Below, piece after piece: positions 47,963 to 58,864 of a stretch of DNA of 64,000 nt. The DNA comes from an uncultured Desulfarculus sp. (GTDB lineage: Bacteria; Desulfobacterota; Desulfarculia; Desulfarculales; Desulfarculaceae): positions 2,976,001 through 3,040,000 of the forward strand of contig CAXXUK010000001.1 of NCBI GenBank assembly GCA_963665125.2, written 5' to 3'. The position numbers were made by a program, and so were the translations under genes. Under the pieces are notes generated by a model. That model was not told the DNA's origin and did no database searches. It worked only from the letters and a program-made list of their open reading frames with translations. The stretch's first letter is position 1, and every line of letters begins with the position of its first letter.

Positions 47963-48703
47963 TTACCGCCAACGGTAGATGCGGCCCTCGTAATTGCAGA
48001 TCCAGGCCCTGGCCCGTGAGTCCACCGCTATGGCCGTGCCGCTACCGCCGGCGGAGTCCCAACCCATGCCGTTCCAGCGGTAGACCTCGTAACCGCCCGA
48101 AGACCGGCGGGCGCTGATGATCCACACCGAGTTGCCGCCAGCGCCGATATCCCTGGCCTGACCGGGTATCTGCTGCCAATTCATGCCGTCCCACCTGTAT
48201 ATCCTGCCGTTGGCGCTGACGATCCAGGGAAGGCCCTGGTCATCGACGGCAATGCGCACCGCCGAGCCGGGAACACGCTGCCAGTTGCCCGGACCGGTAA
48301 GCTTCCAAATGCCGTTGCCGCCGTCGCCCCGGCTGGTAACGCCGATGATCCAGACCTGGCCACCGCCGCAGGCGATGTCCGTAGCCGCGCCCTTTATCTG
48401 TTGCCAGCGCCCGTTGTCATAAAGCCATATGCGCTGCTGGTCGTTGACGATCCAGGCCCGGCCGAGGCGGTCGGCGGCGATGCGGACCCCTGCCCCACCA
48501 ACAGCCTGCCAGCCGCCGCCGTTCCAGCGCCATACGCCGTAGCCGCCGCCGTCGGTGCGGTTGGCGCCGATGCAGTAGGCCCCGTCCATGCCGGAAACCG
48601 CTATGTCCACGGCCTGACCGGGCAGTTGCTCCCATCCGGCCAAGGCAGTGCCGGGAATCGCCAGAATTAAAATCACCAAGAACGCAAACATGGCCCGCCG
48701 CAT
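47963..48703 (-). CDS. Secreted tectonin-type six-bladed beta-propeller lectin
   Basis: Signal peptide and six repeats of W.Q.PG.A.DIA.G..W.I....I.RW.G. Confidence 0.85.
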   Translation of the reverse strand: MRRAMFAFLVILILAIPGTALAGWEQLPGQAVDIAVSGMDGAYCIGANRTDGGGYGVWRWNGGGWQAVGGAGVRIAADRLGRAWIVNDQQRIWLYDNGRWQQIKGAATDIACGGGQVWIIGVTSRGDGGNGIWKLTGPGNWQRVPGSAVRIAVDDQGLPWIVSANGRIYRWDGMNWQQIPGQARDIGAGGNSVWIISARRSSGGYEVYRWNGMGWDSAGGSGTAIAVDSRARAWICNYEGRIYRWR

Positions 48704-48838
48704 CCGTCACCTCCGAAAAAATGCCATAGTTGCCCTATAGTGTGCCCCAGCGGGCCATTTTTGACAACCGCATGTTGTGGACGGCCGCCCGGTGATTTGC
48801 TACCCTGCATGGATGAACCACATCGGATTGGAGACCCC

Positions 48839-49474
48839 ATGAAAGTAATCCAGCTTCTGGTCGGAAACATGCAGGTATTCGCCTACCTTGTGGCCTGCGA
48901 AAAAACCGGCGAGGCCCTGGTCATCGACCCGGCGGGCAATGAACAGCAAATCATCGACCACGCCAGCCAAAACGGCTTTAAAATCGTGGGCATAGTCAAC
49001 ACCCACGGCCATCCGGATCATACGTGCGGCAACGGCAGGATGAAGGAACTGACCGGCGCGCCGATCATCGCGCCCACGGGCGATGCCGAGCACATGGCCA
49101 GCGAACAGGCCACCCAATTCGCCAGGATGTTCGGCTGCGAGGGCACCCCCCCGGCCGATCAAATCGTTGCCGACGGCGACGTACTCAAAGCCGGCGAAGA
49201 GGTTGAGCTGAAGGTCATCGCCACACCCGGCCATTCACCCGGTTCGGTGGCGCTCTATATTCCGGGCCACGTGTTTACCGGCGACACCTTGTTCGTGGGC
49301 GGCGTGGGCCGCACGGACCTGCCTGGCGGTTCCTGGAATCAGATGCTGTCGTCGATCCAAAACAAGATCCTGACCCTGCCCGACGCCACAGTCGTCTGGC
49401 CGGGCCACCACTACGGGATGACTCCAAGCAGCACGGTAAAGGAAGAACGGGAAACCAACCCGTTCATCAACTAG
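48839..49474 (+). CDS. MBL-fold metallo-hydrolase (glyoxalase II-like)
   Basis: NTHGHPDH, TPGHSPG, FTGDTLF and WPGH. Confidence 0.92.
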   Translation: MKVIQLLVGNMQVFAYLVACEKTGEALVIDPAGNEQQIIDHASQNGFKIVGIVNTHGHPDHTCGNGRMKELTGAPIIAPTGDAEHMASEQATQFARMFGCEGTPPADQIVADGDVLKAGEEVELKVIATPGHSPGSVALYIPGHVFTGDTLFVGGVGRTDLPGGSWNQMLSSIQNKILTLPDATVVWPGHHYGMTPSSTVKEERETNPFIN

Positions 49475-49495
49475 CAGGGTGCCGGAAAAATATAA

Positions 49496-49529
49496 GGCCG
49501 TGCCCGGCTGGGGCACGGCCCTGTTTTTT
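49496..49529 (+). terminator. Rho-independent terminator
   Basis: Stem GGCCGTGCCC/GGGCACGGCC followed by CTGTTTTTT. Confidence 0.75.
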
Positions 49530-49544
49530 AATGTTTCGGTGGGT

Positions 49545-50300
49545 CTATTTTCCGCTTTTTTCGCCCGACTCGCTTAGGGCCTTGCCCACCTGGGCGGCTA
49601 TCCAAAGATAAAAATTCATGGGCTCGCCGGTGATCTGGCTGCGGCCGTGCAGACCCCAGTTCTGGATAGTCATCTCCATGTCCGCGGTTTCGGCCTTGAC
49701 CAGCCCAAGAGGGGGCACCTTTTCACTGACCCAGGCCTTGACCTGACGGCCCGCCTTGTCCTTGCCCTCCACCTCGATGACCTTCATCTTGATCTTTTTC
49801 TTTTTGAAACGCACGGTGATTTCCCGAGCTTTCGCCTCGGGGTCAAATGTCTGGAAATCAGCGGCATCGCCACCCTGTTCGGCAAAGAAGCTCTCGGGCA
49901 CGGTAAAGGGATCAAATCCCTGGGGCTGCACGATGACCTCCATGACATCTCCCGGACCGTCCGGCGTGTCGGCGGCCAGAATCTTGGTGATGACCTTTGG
50001 GTCGCCCTTTTCCTTCGACTTGCCCACCGGGCTGACCATCACCTCGATCCAGGCGGCTTTTTTGCCCTCATGCACCGTCTTTTCCAAGGTGCAGAAGCGC
50101 AGGCGATATTCCTTGTCCAGTTTTTTATCGGTCACCCAATACTCGGCCCAGGCGCCCGGAACGAAGTTGTAGTGGCCCTTGACCACAACCAGCGGCACCT
50201 GACCCTGCACATCCTCGGAACCGGCCGCCCACGCTGGCGCGGCGCAAAGGGCCATGATCATCAGCAGGATCAGGCTGACAAGGCGCGTTGTTTTATGCAT
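49545..50300 (-). CDS. Secreted hypothetical protein
   Basis: AGGAG RBS; signal peptide ending AWA; PGAWAEY..WIEV..WVSEKVPPLGLVK. Confidence 0.75.
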   Translation of the reverse strand: MHKTTRLVSLILLMIMALCAAPAWAAGSEDVQGQVPLVVVKGHYNFVPGAWAEYWVTDKKLDKEYRLRFCTLEKTVHEGKKAAWIEVMVSPVGKSKEKGDPKVITKILAADTPDGPGDVMEVIVQPQGFDPFTVPESFFAEQGGDAADFQTFDPEAKAREITVRFKKKKIKMKVIEVEGKDKAGRQVKAWVSEKVPPLGLVKAETADMEMTIQNWGLHGRSQITGEPMNFYLWIAAQVGKALSESGEKSGK

Positions 50301-50587
50301 GGGTCCATTCTCCTTGGTGTCGGAATCCGGCGGCCAAACCACCCGCCAACTATTTTAAAATGCATTTATTACAGATGAATATGGAAGACGGTTTTTTCAC
50401 ACAGGCTCACATTTTTGCCGAAAAACAATCACAGGTCAAGTTTTGAGGGTTATACGGCTGTCAGTCCTTGAAATATTGGTATGAGGATAAATAAAATATA
50501 TCTACGCATTTAATAATATAATTAATCACATGTTGGCTATGAGCCGGTCACCCTATGGCGTTTGTCATGCCAAGGAGGTCAACAAGC

Positions 50588-52222
50588 ATGAACCTAAAAC
50601 AAAAGCTTGCCATCCTGGCTGGAATTCCCATCATTGGCCTACTTGTTTTGGCCTCCATTGGCTGGTTGTACCTAAACCAGCAGACCACTTTGACCGCAAC
50701 CCTGATCAACGATCAGTTCGTGCCGTTGGTCGAGAGAGACGTCGACGCACTCAACAAGCTCCAGGCAAGCATAAAAACGCTTCTGGAGGCCGACCGGGAT
50801 GCATATCAAACCACGGTGGCCGAAATGGGCATCCTCCAAGCCGCAGCCGGTTCGAACACCGAAAAACTGCTTTCCGCGCACAAGGAAAACATACAACAGG
50901 TCAAGGACCGCCTAGCCAAGGCTTCCAAGGCCTTCGATTCGGCCATGCTGGCCAAATATTCCACTTTTGAAGACCAGTACATTCAATGGAAGCAATCCAC
51001 GGACAGGGTCGTGCAATTGGCCGGATCGGAAGAAACCAAAGTCCAAGCCCTTGAGTTGAGCTCCAGCGCCACCAGCAAGGCCTTTAGCGCCATGCGCGAC
51101 ACCATTGACCAGATCAGCCAGATGCTCGACGAAAAGATCGCCAAGACCATGGCCGATGTAAATGCCAAAAAGAAGGCCGCTACCGATCTGGGCAACAACG
51201 CCCAGGGCCAAGCCCAAACAGCCATTTTCTTGTTTGCCGTTATCACCTTGATAGCCGCTGGCATCAGTATCGCGGTGACCGTCGTAATGACCATCAGTAT
51301 AACCAGGCCGGTCAGATTGGTTGCCGAAGGACTGGAGCAGGGAGCCGGACAACTGGCGTCGGCATCCGGTGAGGTATCCAATTCCAGTCAATCCCTGGCT
51401 CAAGGCACCTCGGAGCAGGCGGCCAGCCTCGAACAAACGACGTCATCAATGGAGGAAATGGCCTCCATGACCAAGCAGAACGCCGATAATGCGAACCAGG
51501 CCGACGGCATGATGAAGGAAGCGGGCCAGATAGTTGCGGATGCGGTACAGGCCATGCATGAGTTGCGGACCGCGATGGAAAAAATCAACGCGGCCAGCGA
51601 TGAGACAGCCAAGATCATAAAGACAATCGACGAGATAGCCTTCCAGACAAACCTGTTGGCACTCAACGCCGCTGTCGAAGCAGCCCGGGCGGGCGAGGCG
51701 GGCGCCGGCTTTGCCGTTGTCGCCGACGAAGTTAGGTCCCTGGCCATGCGCGCCGCCGAAGCCGCCAAACACACATCCACGTTGATCGAACAAAACATCA
51801 GCAATATCAGAAGGGGTTCTGATTTAGTTAAAAACACCGATGAAATATTCGTCCAAATTCAGGAATCGGCTTCCAAGGTCGCTGAATTGGTCGGCGAAAT
51901 ATCCGCCGCCAGTTCGGAACAATCACAGGGCATCAGTCAAGTCAACCTGGCCATGGGACAGATGGACGGGGTGACCCAGCAAATCGCGGCCAATGCCGAA
52001 GAGGCAGCGGCGGCTTCCGAACAACTGAATGCTCAATCAGCCGCCTTGCAAAACTATGTGGTGCAACTCAACAAGGTCTTGGGAAAAGGAAATCGCGGCA
52101 AGATGCTGATCGCCTCAAGCCGGACAAAAAGCAAAAAAGCCAAGGTGCCTTCACCAAAAGCAAAGCCCCTACCAGCCCCGGCATCCACCATCAACGATGA
52201 AATTGACTTCGACGGTTTTTAA
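50588..52222 (+). CDS. Methyl-accepting chemotaxis protein
   Basis: Two TMs around a helical sensor domain; [35 protein letters not shown]-terminal DFDGF pentapeptide-like tail. Confidence 0.95.
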   Translation: MNLKQKLAILAGIPIIGLLVLASIGWLYLNQQTTLTATLINDQFVPLVERDVDALNKLQASIKTLLEADRDAYQTTVAEMGILQAAAGSNTEKLLSAHKENIQQVKDRLAKASKAFDSAMLAKYSTFEDQYIQWKQSTDRVVQLAGSEETKVQALELSSSATSKAFSAMRDTIDQISQMLDEKIAKTMADVNAKKKAATDLGNNAQGQAQTAIFLFAVITLIAAGISIAVTVVMTISITRPVRLVAEGLEQGAGQLASASGEVSNSSQSLAQGTSEQAASLEQTTSSMEEMASMTKQNADNANQADGMMKEAGQIVADAVQAMHELRTAMEKINAASDETAKIIKTIDEIAFQTNLLALNAAVEAARAGEAGAGFAVVADEVRSLAMRAAEAAKHTSTLIEQNISNIRRGSDLVKNTDEIFVQIQESASKVAELVGEISAASSEQSQGISQVNLAMGQMDGVTQQIAANAEEAAAASEQLNAQSAALQNYVVQLNKVLGKGNRGKMLIASSRTKSKKAKVPSPKAKPLPAPASTINDEIDFDGF

Positions 52223-52521
52223 CAATTACCAGGCCGTTGGGGCACATCGCCCCGGCGGCCGTCAACCTTCCAGCCTGCCAGCCGACTTGAGGTCCGGTGA
52301 CCACCCACAGGCACATCCTTCACTTTTTTTCGGGGGGCCAGGGCCTCTACTGTAAACGATTTTCTCACCAAGACCACGCCCGCCGCGAAAAGATTATGCG
52401 GGAACGTCACATCCGTAAGGCCCATCTAAGGCATGCCTCAGGCTGGTTCGGGGCCGAAATGCCGTATTATTCCAGAGCGTTGCAAAATAATCAAATTTGC
52501 GTGGCCGCACCCGGGCATCGA

Positions 52522-52537
52522 CGGCACACTACTTGCT
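52522..52537 (+). promoter_or_regulatory. Sigma-54 (-24/-12) promoter
   Basis: GGCAC-ACTAC-TTGC at 52523-52536, ~75 bp upstream of ATG 52613. Confidence 0.7.
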
Positions 52538-52612
52538 TCGCAGGCGGGCACCGAAGAGGGGGCTCTTTTCGAGCTGTTACATGAATCTCGCAATCGAAAG
52601 GCAAAGCATCAA

Positions 52613-52999
52613 ATGACTCGCAAAGACATCAAGACCAAGCTGAATCCCGCCCTGGGGCTGACTTTTTTAATTGTGGGAGTGACAGGCATTTTATTGCTGT
52701 TTCACATACAGGGCGGCGGAATCAAATTTTTACACGAATGGATGAGCGTAGGATTCCTCGTACTGTGCGTTGCGCACCTGATTATAAATTGGAAGGCCTT
52801 TGTCGCCTTTATGAAGGGTGGCCCGGTCATCGCATCAATCGTCGCGGTCTGCTTGTTGTCAGGCCTGTTGTTGATCGGCGGCCAGGGCCACGACGGCCGG
52901 GGCCCGAACGCGAATGCAGGTTACGGCTATGCCAACCGCTTGGGAAACGGCCCAATGCTTGGGCTCCCAGGTCGCGGGCAGCACTCAACGCACCGATAA
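52613..52999 (+). CDS. DUF4405-like small membrane protein
   Basis: FLIVGVTGILLLFH..LHEWMS..AHLIINWK; Gly-rich tail. Confidence 0.8.
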   Translation: MTRKDIKTKLNPALGLTFLIVGVTGILLLFHIQGGGIKFLHEWMSVGFLVLCVAHLIINWKAFVAFMKGGPVIASIVAVCLLSGLLLIGGQGHDGRGPNANAGYGYANRLGNGPMLGLPGRGQHSTHR

Positions 53000-53147
53000 C
53001 CCCCCGTGGCCCCGGCCGGGCAATCCATCTTGGCATTATCGGCCCAATGCTTGGGCTCCCAGGTCGCGGGCAGCACTCAACGCACCGATACCCCCCGTGG
53101 CCCCGGCCGGGCAAACCATCTTGGCATTATCGGCCCAAGACTTGGGC
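52948..53147 (+). repeat. 92/91-bp tandem duplication at the DUF4405 gene end
   Basis: Units start at 52948 and 53040; a third partial CGGCCCAAGACTTGGGC starts at 53131. Confidence 0.9.
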
Positions 53148-53188
53148 GGCATCTCATTGCCCCCCCGGCAGCCAGCCGGGGGCTTTGT

Positions 53189-53812
53189 TCATGCGGGGTT
53201 TATGGCAAAGTAGTCCTTGATCCCGGCCAACACGCTGGCCACGGCCACCGAGGCCAGGATCAGACCCATCACCCGGCTGATGATGTTGGCTCCGCTCTTG
53301 CCCAAAAGGCGGAAAACCCTATCCGAGGCCAGCATCAGCAACAGGGTCAGCAGCAGGACCAGCACCATCATCCCGGCGGTGTAGGCCTGTTCCACAATTG
53401 CGAAACGGTCGTTTTCGGTGAGCAGCACCGCCGCCAACATGGCACCGGGGCTGGCGATGGATGGTATGGCCAAGGGGAATACAGCCTCCTCAGTGCCCTT
53501 GTCGACCATTTTCATCTCTTCTTCGGGCTTGCTGTCGCCAAAGATCATTGAGAGGGCAAAAATCAGCAGGACGATACCCCCGGCGATTTCGAAGGCCTCC
53601 AGGGGAATGCTCATGGCCCTGAGGATGATCTCGCCGGCGGCCACGAAAAACAGCAAGATCAGCGCGGCGATGAGGGTGGCCTTGATGGCGATGCGCCGTT
53701 TGTATTGCTTGTCGTATTTCCTGGTGACGGCGATGAACACCGGCACCGTGCCGATGGGGTCGATGACGGCAAAGAAAAAGACGAACGTCGCGATAAGGTC
53801 TTCCAACGCCAA
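53189..53812 (-). CDS. MarC family membrane protein
   Basis: FFAVIDPIGTVPVF, AFEIAGGIVL, AVFPLAIPSIASPGA and SRVMGLILAS. Confidence 0.93.
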   Translation of the reverse strand: MALEDLIATFVFFFAVIDPIGTVPVFIAVTRKYDKQYKRRIAIKATLIAALILLFFVAAGEIILRAMSIPLEAFEIAGGIVLLIFALSMIFGDSKPEEEMKMVDKGTEEAVFPLAIPSIASPGAMLAAVLLTENDRFAIVEQAYTAGMMVLVLLLTLLLMLASDRVFRLLGKSGANIISRVMGLILASVAVASVLAGIKDYFAINPA

Positions 53813-54068
53813 CTCCGGACCAAGGTCAACCGATGTAAAAAATAATGATAATGATTACATGACCAGGCCAACTACACCAGAAGTTTCTACGGAAAACCTG
53901 CCCAATACCTGCGCTTCCGTGGCGGCGGCAGCGTTCATTGCTTGGATATGCGTCTGTGGCCTCGGGCATACGATCTAGGCTATTTCCCCTTGGCTTCAGT
54001 TTTTTCCGGCGTAGGTGTCCTATCGAACGCAGTGCCGACGCGAGCTTTCTGGAAAAACTAATATTCCC

Positions 54069-54141
54069 CTGGGGGAAGTGGGCCCCCCTTTCGACAAAGG
54101 TGGTCCCCGTCTCCCCCCAGACCCCGCCTCCCCCCTCCAAA
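54069..54141. repeat. G/C-run-rich long hairpin (REP-like intergenic element)
   Basis: CTGGGGGAAG..GGCCCCCCTTTCGACAAAGGTGGTCC..CTCCCCCCAG imperfect hairpin followed by C-runs. Single copy in this window, so repeat status is inferred. Confidence 0.4.
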
Positions 54142-54334
54142 TGACGTTGCCTCGAGTTGGGTCTGAGGTTCCCTGGGATATGCTGGAATTTGGAGATATT
54201 CAGTGCGTGTTGGCGAGTGGTATTGCTTGTCTCAGGCTAGCTTACAACACGAGTCGGCGTGGGAGACTGCGCTCGATCATAGGCATGGGGCCGGTTGGGT
54301 CGGACGGCACCAGCAACACCGCTGTTTTATGAAT

Positions 54335-54453
54335 TGTCGGCCAGGGATGACCGACCCGGCGCAGCGCGAAGCCATGCGCCGTGAGCTCCGGATCGGATTT
54401 GCTCCGTCCGGGGCGCTGTTTCTCGGGCCAAGGACGGCCCGAGAAACAAGAAA
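54335..54453 (-). repeat. Dispersed ~120-bp multi-hairpin element, copy B
   Basis: Reverse complement matches 41289..41408, with compensatory stem changes. Confidence 0.9.
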
Positions 54454-54499
54454 TCATACGGGGGCGCGAGGAGCCGCCCATGCGGCCCCCCGGACCTGC

Positions 54500-55669
<1,170 letters not shown>

Positions 55670-55769
55670 CCGCTCCCTCCAATGAGAGAAGGTTGGTTCA
55701 CACCCGCGGTTAATATCTTTTTTTACGGCGTCCGCCCCCGCGAGGACCCGGTGCGGGAACGGGCGCCTG

Positions 55770-57533
55770 TCAATTGATCAACGATTTGGGCGCCTCTATG
55801 ACCTTGGCCCTCAGATACTCGCCCAGGGTCTTGGCCTGGGGATCGGCCTTGGTGGAGGCTGCCACGCCGTCGCCCAAAAAGCCCTTGATGTAGAAGTTCA
55901 GGGCCAACAGGTTGGGCAATTCGTAGCGTTCGGTTTCAAAGGGCGCGCAGTCGGGCATAAGCTCGCCCAGCTTTTCGGTGGTCAGATACTGGCGCAGGAA
56001 GGCGAAGGCCTCGGGCGTCTTGGCCCATACGCCCAGGTTGGCGTTGCCGCCCTTGTCGCCGCTGCGGGTTGCATAGAGCCTGCCCAGGGGAACGCGGGCG
56101 GTCTCGCCGCCGGGCGCGGCCGGGATGTCCACCGCCGCGGGGGCCACGTCGCCCGCCGGGGTGCCCGGACCGGCCGCGGGCACGTCTATCTGCTTGCCGC
56201 CGACGAACACGCTCTGGGTGATCTTGTCCACGCCGATGAGCGCGGGCCAGTGCTGGATGGCCGGGCTGCCCGGGCTGGGCGGGCTGGTCAGGGTGAAGCC
56301 GGGGATATTGGCCAGGGCCAGTTCCACCACGGCGCTGCTGAAGGCGCGGCCCACCTTGTTCTTGTCCGGGTCCAGCAGGCTGACGCGCAGTTGGGCCCAG
56401 GCCTCCTCGTTGATGGGCGGGTCGGCCTTGTCGTAGCGCAGAAGCTGCACGTCGCACACAGCGAACTGGTCCTTGGGGCCAAGGAGGTCAAACAGGCAGT
56501 CCTCGACAATTTTGGCCTTTTTCTCGACATCCAGGCCGGTCAAAAGCACGGTCATGGAGTTGCGGTGGCCAAAGAGGTTGTTGATGCAGACCTTGGTGGT
56601 GTCCGGGGCCGGGCTGCCCTTGATCCCGCTGACCAGCACCCGGTCCGGGGCCTCCTGGGTCAAATTGATGGTGTCGAAATGGGCTGTGACGTCCGGGGTC
56701 AGATAGCCCGGTCCGCGCACCTCGTACATGAGTTGGGCAGTGACAGTGCCCACCGAGACCAGGCCTCCGGTGCCGGGATGCTTGGTGATCACCGACGAGC
56801 CGTCGGCGTGCATCTCGGCGATGGGGAAGCCCACGTTTCTAAACTCCGGCACTTCCTCGAAAAACGAGTAATTGCCGCCCGTGGCCTGGCAGCCGCACTC
56901 GATGATGTGCCCGGCCACGGCGGCACCGGCCAGGGCGTCCCAGTCATCGCGCTTCCAGCCGAAGTGCCAGGCCGCCGGGCCCATGACCACCGCGGCATCG
57001 GCCACTCTGCCGGTCACCACGATATCGGCGCCGTTGTTCAAGGCCTCCACCACGCCCCAGCCGCCCAGATAGGCGTTGGCCGAGATGGGCATCAGGCCGC
57101 TGTCGAACAGGGATGTGCCCTTGTCCAGGTGATTGAGCGTTTCGCCTTGGGCTTTTAGGTCGTTCAGGCGCGGGGCCAAGTCGTCGCCGGTGATATAGGC
57201 CACCTTGGGGCTCAGGCCCAATTGCCCGGCCACCTGCTCGATGGCCTGGGCCAGACCCTTGGGATTGAGGCCGCCGGCATTGGAGACGATCTTGATGCCC
57301 TTGTCCATGCACGCGCCCATGACCTGCTCCACCTGCTTGAGGAAGGTGGAGGCGTATCCGCCGTCGGGATTCTTGGCCTTGGTGCGCAGCAGGATGGCCA
57401 TGGTCAGTTCGGCCAGGTAGTCGCCGGTGAGGAAATCAATGGGCCCGCCCTCGACCATTTCCTTGGCCGCGCTGAAGCGGTCCCCGAAAAAGCCGCTGCA
57501 ATTGGCGATGATCAGCTTGTCTTTATCCGCCAC
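55770..57533 (-). CDS. atuA: Acyclic terpene utilization AtuA family protein
   Basis: IANCSGFFGDR, DFLTGDYLAELTM, NAGGLNP, ANAYLGGW, GHIIECG.QATGGNY, RSGDKGGNANLG and DPQAKTLGE. Confidence 0.9.
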   Translation of the reverse strand: MADKDKLIIANCSGFFGDRFSAAKEMVEGGPIDFLTGDYLAELTMAILLRTKAKNPDGGYASTFLKQVEQVMGACMDKGIKIVSNAGGLNPKGLAQAIEQVAGQLGLSPKVAYITGDDLAPRLNDLKAQGETLNHLDKGTSLFDSGLMPISANAYLGGWGVVEALNNGADIVVTGRVADAAVVMGPAAWHFGWKRDDWDALAGAAVAGHIIECGCQATGGNYSFFEEVPEFRNVGFPIAEMHADGSSVITKHPGTGGLVSVGTVTAQLMYEVRGPGYLTPDVTAHFDTINLTQEAPDRVLVSGIKGSPAPDTTKVCINNLFGHRNSMTVLLTGLDVEKKAKIVEDCLFDLLGPKDQFAVCDVQLLRYDKADPPINEEAWAQLRVSLLDPDKNKVGRAFSSAVVELALANIPGFTLTSPPSPGSPAIQHWPALIGVDKITQSVFVGGKQIDVPAAGPGTPAGDVAPAAVDIPAAPGGETARVPLGRLYATRSGDKGGNANLGVWAKTPEAFAFLRQYLTTEKLGELMPDCAPFETERYELPNLLALNFYIKGFLGDGVAASTKADPQAKTLGEYLRAKVIEAPKSLIN

Positions 57534-57548
57534 TTTTTGCCTCCCCCG

Positions 57549-58325
57549 CTACTTTCCGGTGAAATTGGGCTGGCGTTTTTCCAGGAAGGCCATGATGCCC
57601 TCTTTGGCGTCCTCGGTCTTGGCCGCCTTGATCAGCGTCAGGCTGAGATCCTGGAGCCCCTCTTCCAGGGGCATGTCGATGAGCCTGCGGAAGGCCTCCA
57701 GGCCCAGGCGCATGCCCACCGGGCTGCGCGAGGCCAGGCCGGTTAGCAAATCGTCCACATGGGCCTCGAAGGCGGCAGGGTCAACGGCGGTGGTGATCAT
57801 GCCGATGCGCTCGGCCTCGTCGGGCAAAACCTTGCGGCCGGTCAACGAGATCTCCACGGCCTTTTTCCAGGTCAGGTTGCGGTACAAAAGCGCGCCGACC
57901 ATGAACGGGAAGATGCCCACGTTTATCTCGGGCAAACGGAAGAACACGTCCGAACGGGCTACCACGATGTGGCTGGCCAGCATCAGGCCGGTGCCTCCGG
58001 CCAGGCAGGGCCCGGCCACCCTGGCCACGATGGGCTTGCCGAATCCGGCCATCTTGGCCAAGAGCGCCGCGTAACGCCGGGGCGGGCTGGATTCATCCTC
58101 GGGCGCGCCGGACAGGCCGCCGCCCAGGTCCGCGCCCGAGCAAAAGGCCTTTTCGCCCGTTCCTGTCAGGCAGATCACCCGCACCTCGTCGTTTTTGTCC
58201 AGCTCATCCAGGTACTTGTGGAAGGCCTCGATCATTCCCGGGCTCAGGGCGTTGCGCTTGGCCTCGCGGTTGAGGGTGATGATGGCGATGCGGTCTTTGA
58301 TTTCCAGCAGCAGCTCATCACTCAT
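57549..58325 (-). CDS. Enoyl-CoA hydratase (methylglutaconyl/isohexenylglutaconyl-CoA hydratase-like)
   Basis: TLNREAKRNAL, AFCSGADL, CLAGGTGL, LPEINVGIFP and EGIMAFLEKR. Confidence 0.85.
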   Translation of the reverse strand: MSDELLLEIKDRIAIITLNREAKRNALSPGMIEAFHKYLDELDKNDEVRVICLTGTGEKAFCSGADLGGGLSGAPEDESSPPRRYAALLAKMAGFGKPIVARVAGPCLAGGTGLMLASHIVVARSDVFFRLPEINVGIFPFMVGALLYRNLTWKKAVEISLTGRKVLPDEAERIGMITTAVDPAAFEAHVDDLLTGLASRSPVGMRLGLEAFRRLIDMPLEEGLQDLSLTLIKAAKTEDAKEGIMAFLEKRQPNFTGK

Positions 58326-58839
58326 CGGAGGCCTCCTCTTCGTCGGCGGCTATATCCACCAGGATCTCGCCGGGCATGACCTGGCCGTCCACGGCGCAGT
58401 TGATGCCCGTGACCGTACCGGCATAGGGCGCGGCCAGGGTGGTCTCCATTTTCATGGCGCTGACCACCACCAGGCCCTGGCCCTTGTCCACGTGGTCGCC
58501 CACGGCGCAGTTGATGCGAACCACCACCGCGGGCATGGGCGGGGTGACCTCTCCGGGCCCGTTGCCGGAACTGGACTTGCGGCGGGCCGGGGCCTTGTCG
58601 ATGTCCTTTATCAGATAGACCCGGCCACCCGCGTGTACCCAACCGCCCTCCTCGGTGGGGGCGTAAAAGGCGCGAACGTTCTTGCCGTCGACCACCAGGT
58701 TCAGGCCGCCGTCGGGCAGGCGCTTGTAGGCCACCCGGCTGGCGCTGCCGCCGATGGTCATGGTCGCGCCGCAGCCGCCCGTGCCGGTTTCCACCTGCAC
58801 TTCCACCATTTCTTCTGCTATTTCAAGACGATAGTCCAA
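58318..58839 (-). CDS. Biotin carboxyl carrier subunit
   Basis: PPMPAVVV..GDHV.KGQ..SAMKME (biotinylated Lys). Confidence 0.9.
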   Translation of the reverse strand: MDYRLEIAEEMVEVQVETGTGGCGATMTIGGSASRVAYKRLPDGGLNLVVDGKNVRAFYAPTEEGGWVHAGGRVYLIKDIDKAPARRKSSSGNGPGEVTPPMPAVVVRINCAVGDHVDKGQGLVVVSAMKMETTLAAPYAGTVTGINCAVDGQVMPGEILVDIAADEEEASDE

Positions 58840-58864
58840 GATTTAACTCCCCCGTAGCCTTTCG

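Noticed and set aside
50397..50424. Sigma-28 promoter upstream of the MCP gene (GCCGAAAA)
   Set aside because: The -10-like box is imperfect and there is no convincing TAAA -35 at the right spacing.
52948..53147. Possible mini-CRISPR (three short palindromes regularly spaced)
   Set aside because: The intervening sequences are near-identical and ~75 bp long, and no cas genes are present; it is a tandem duplication.
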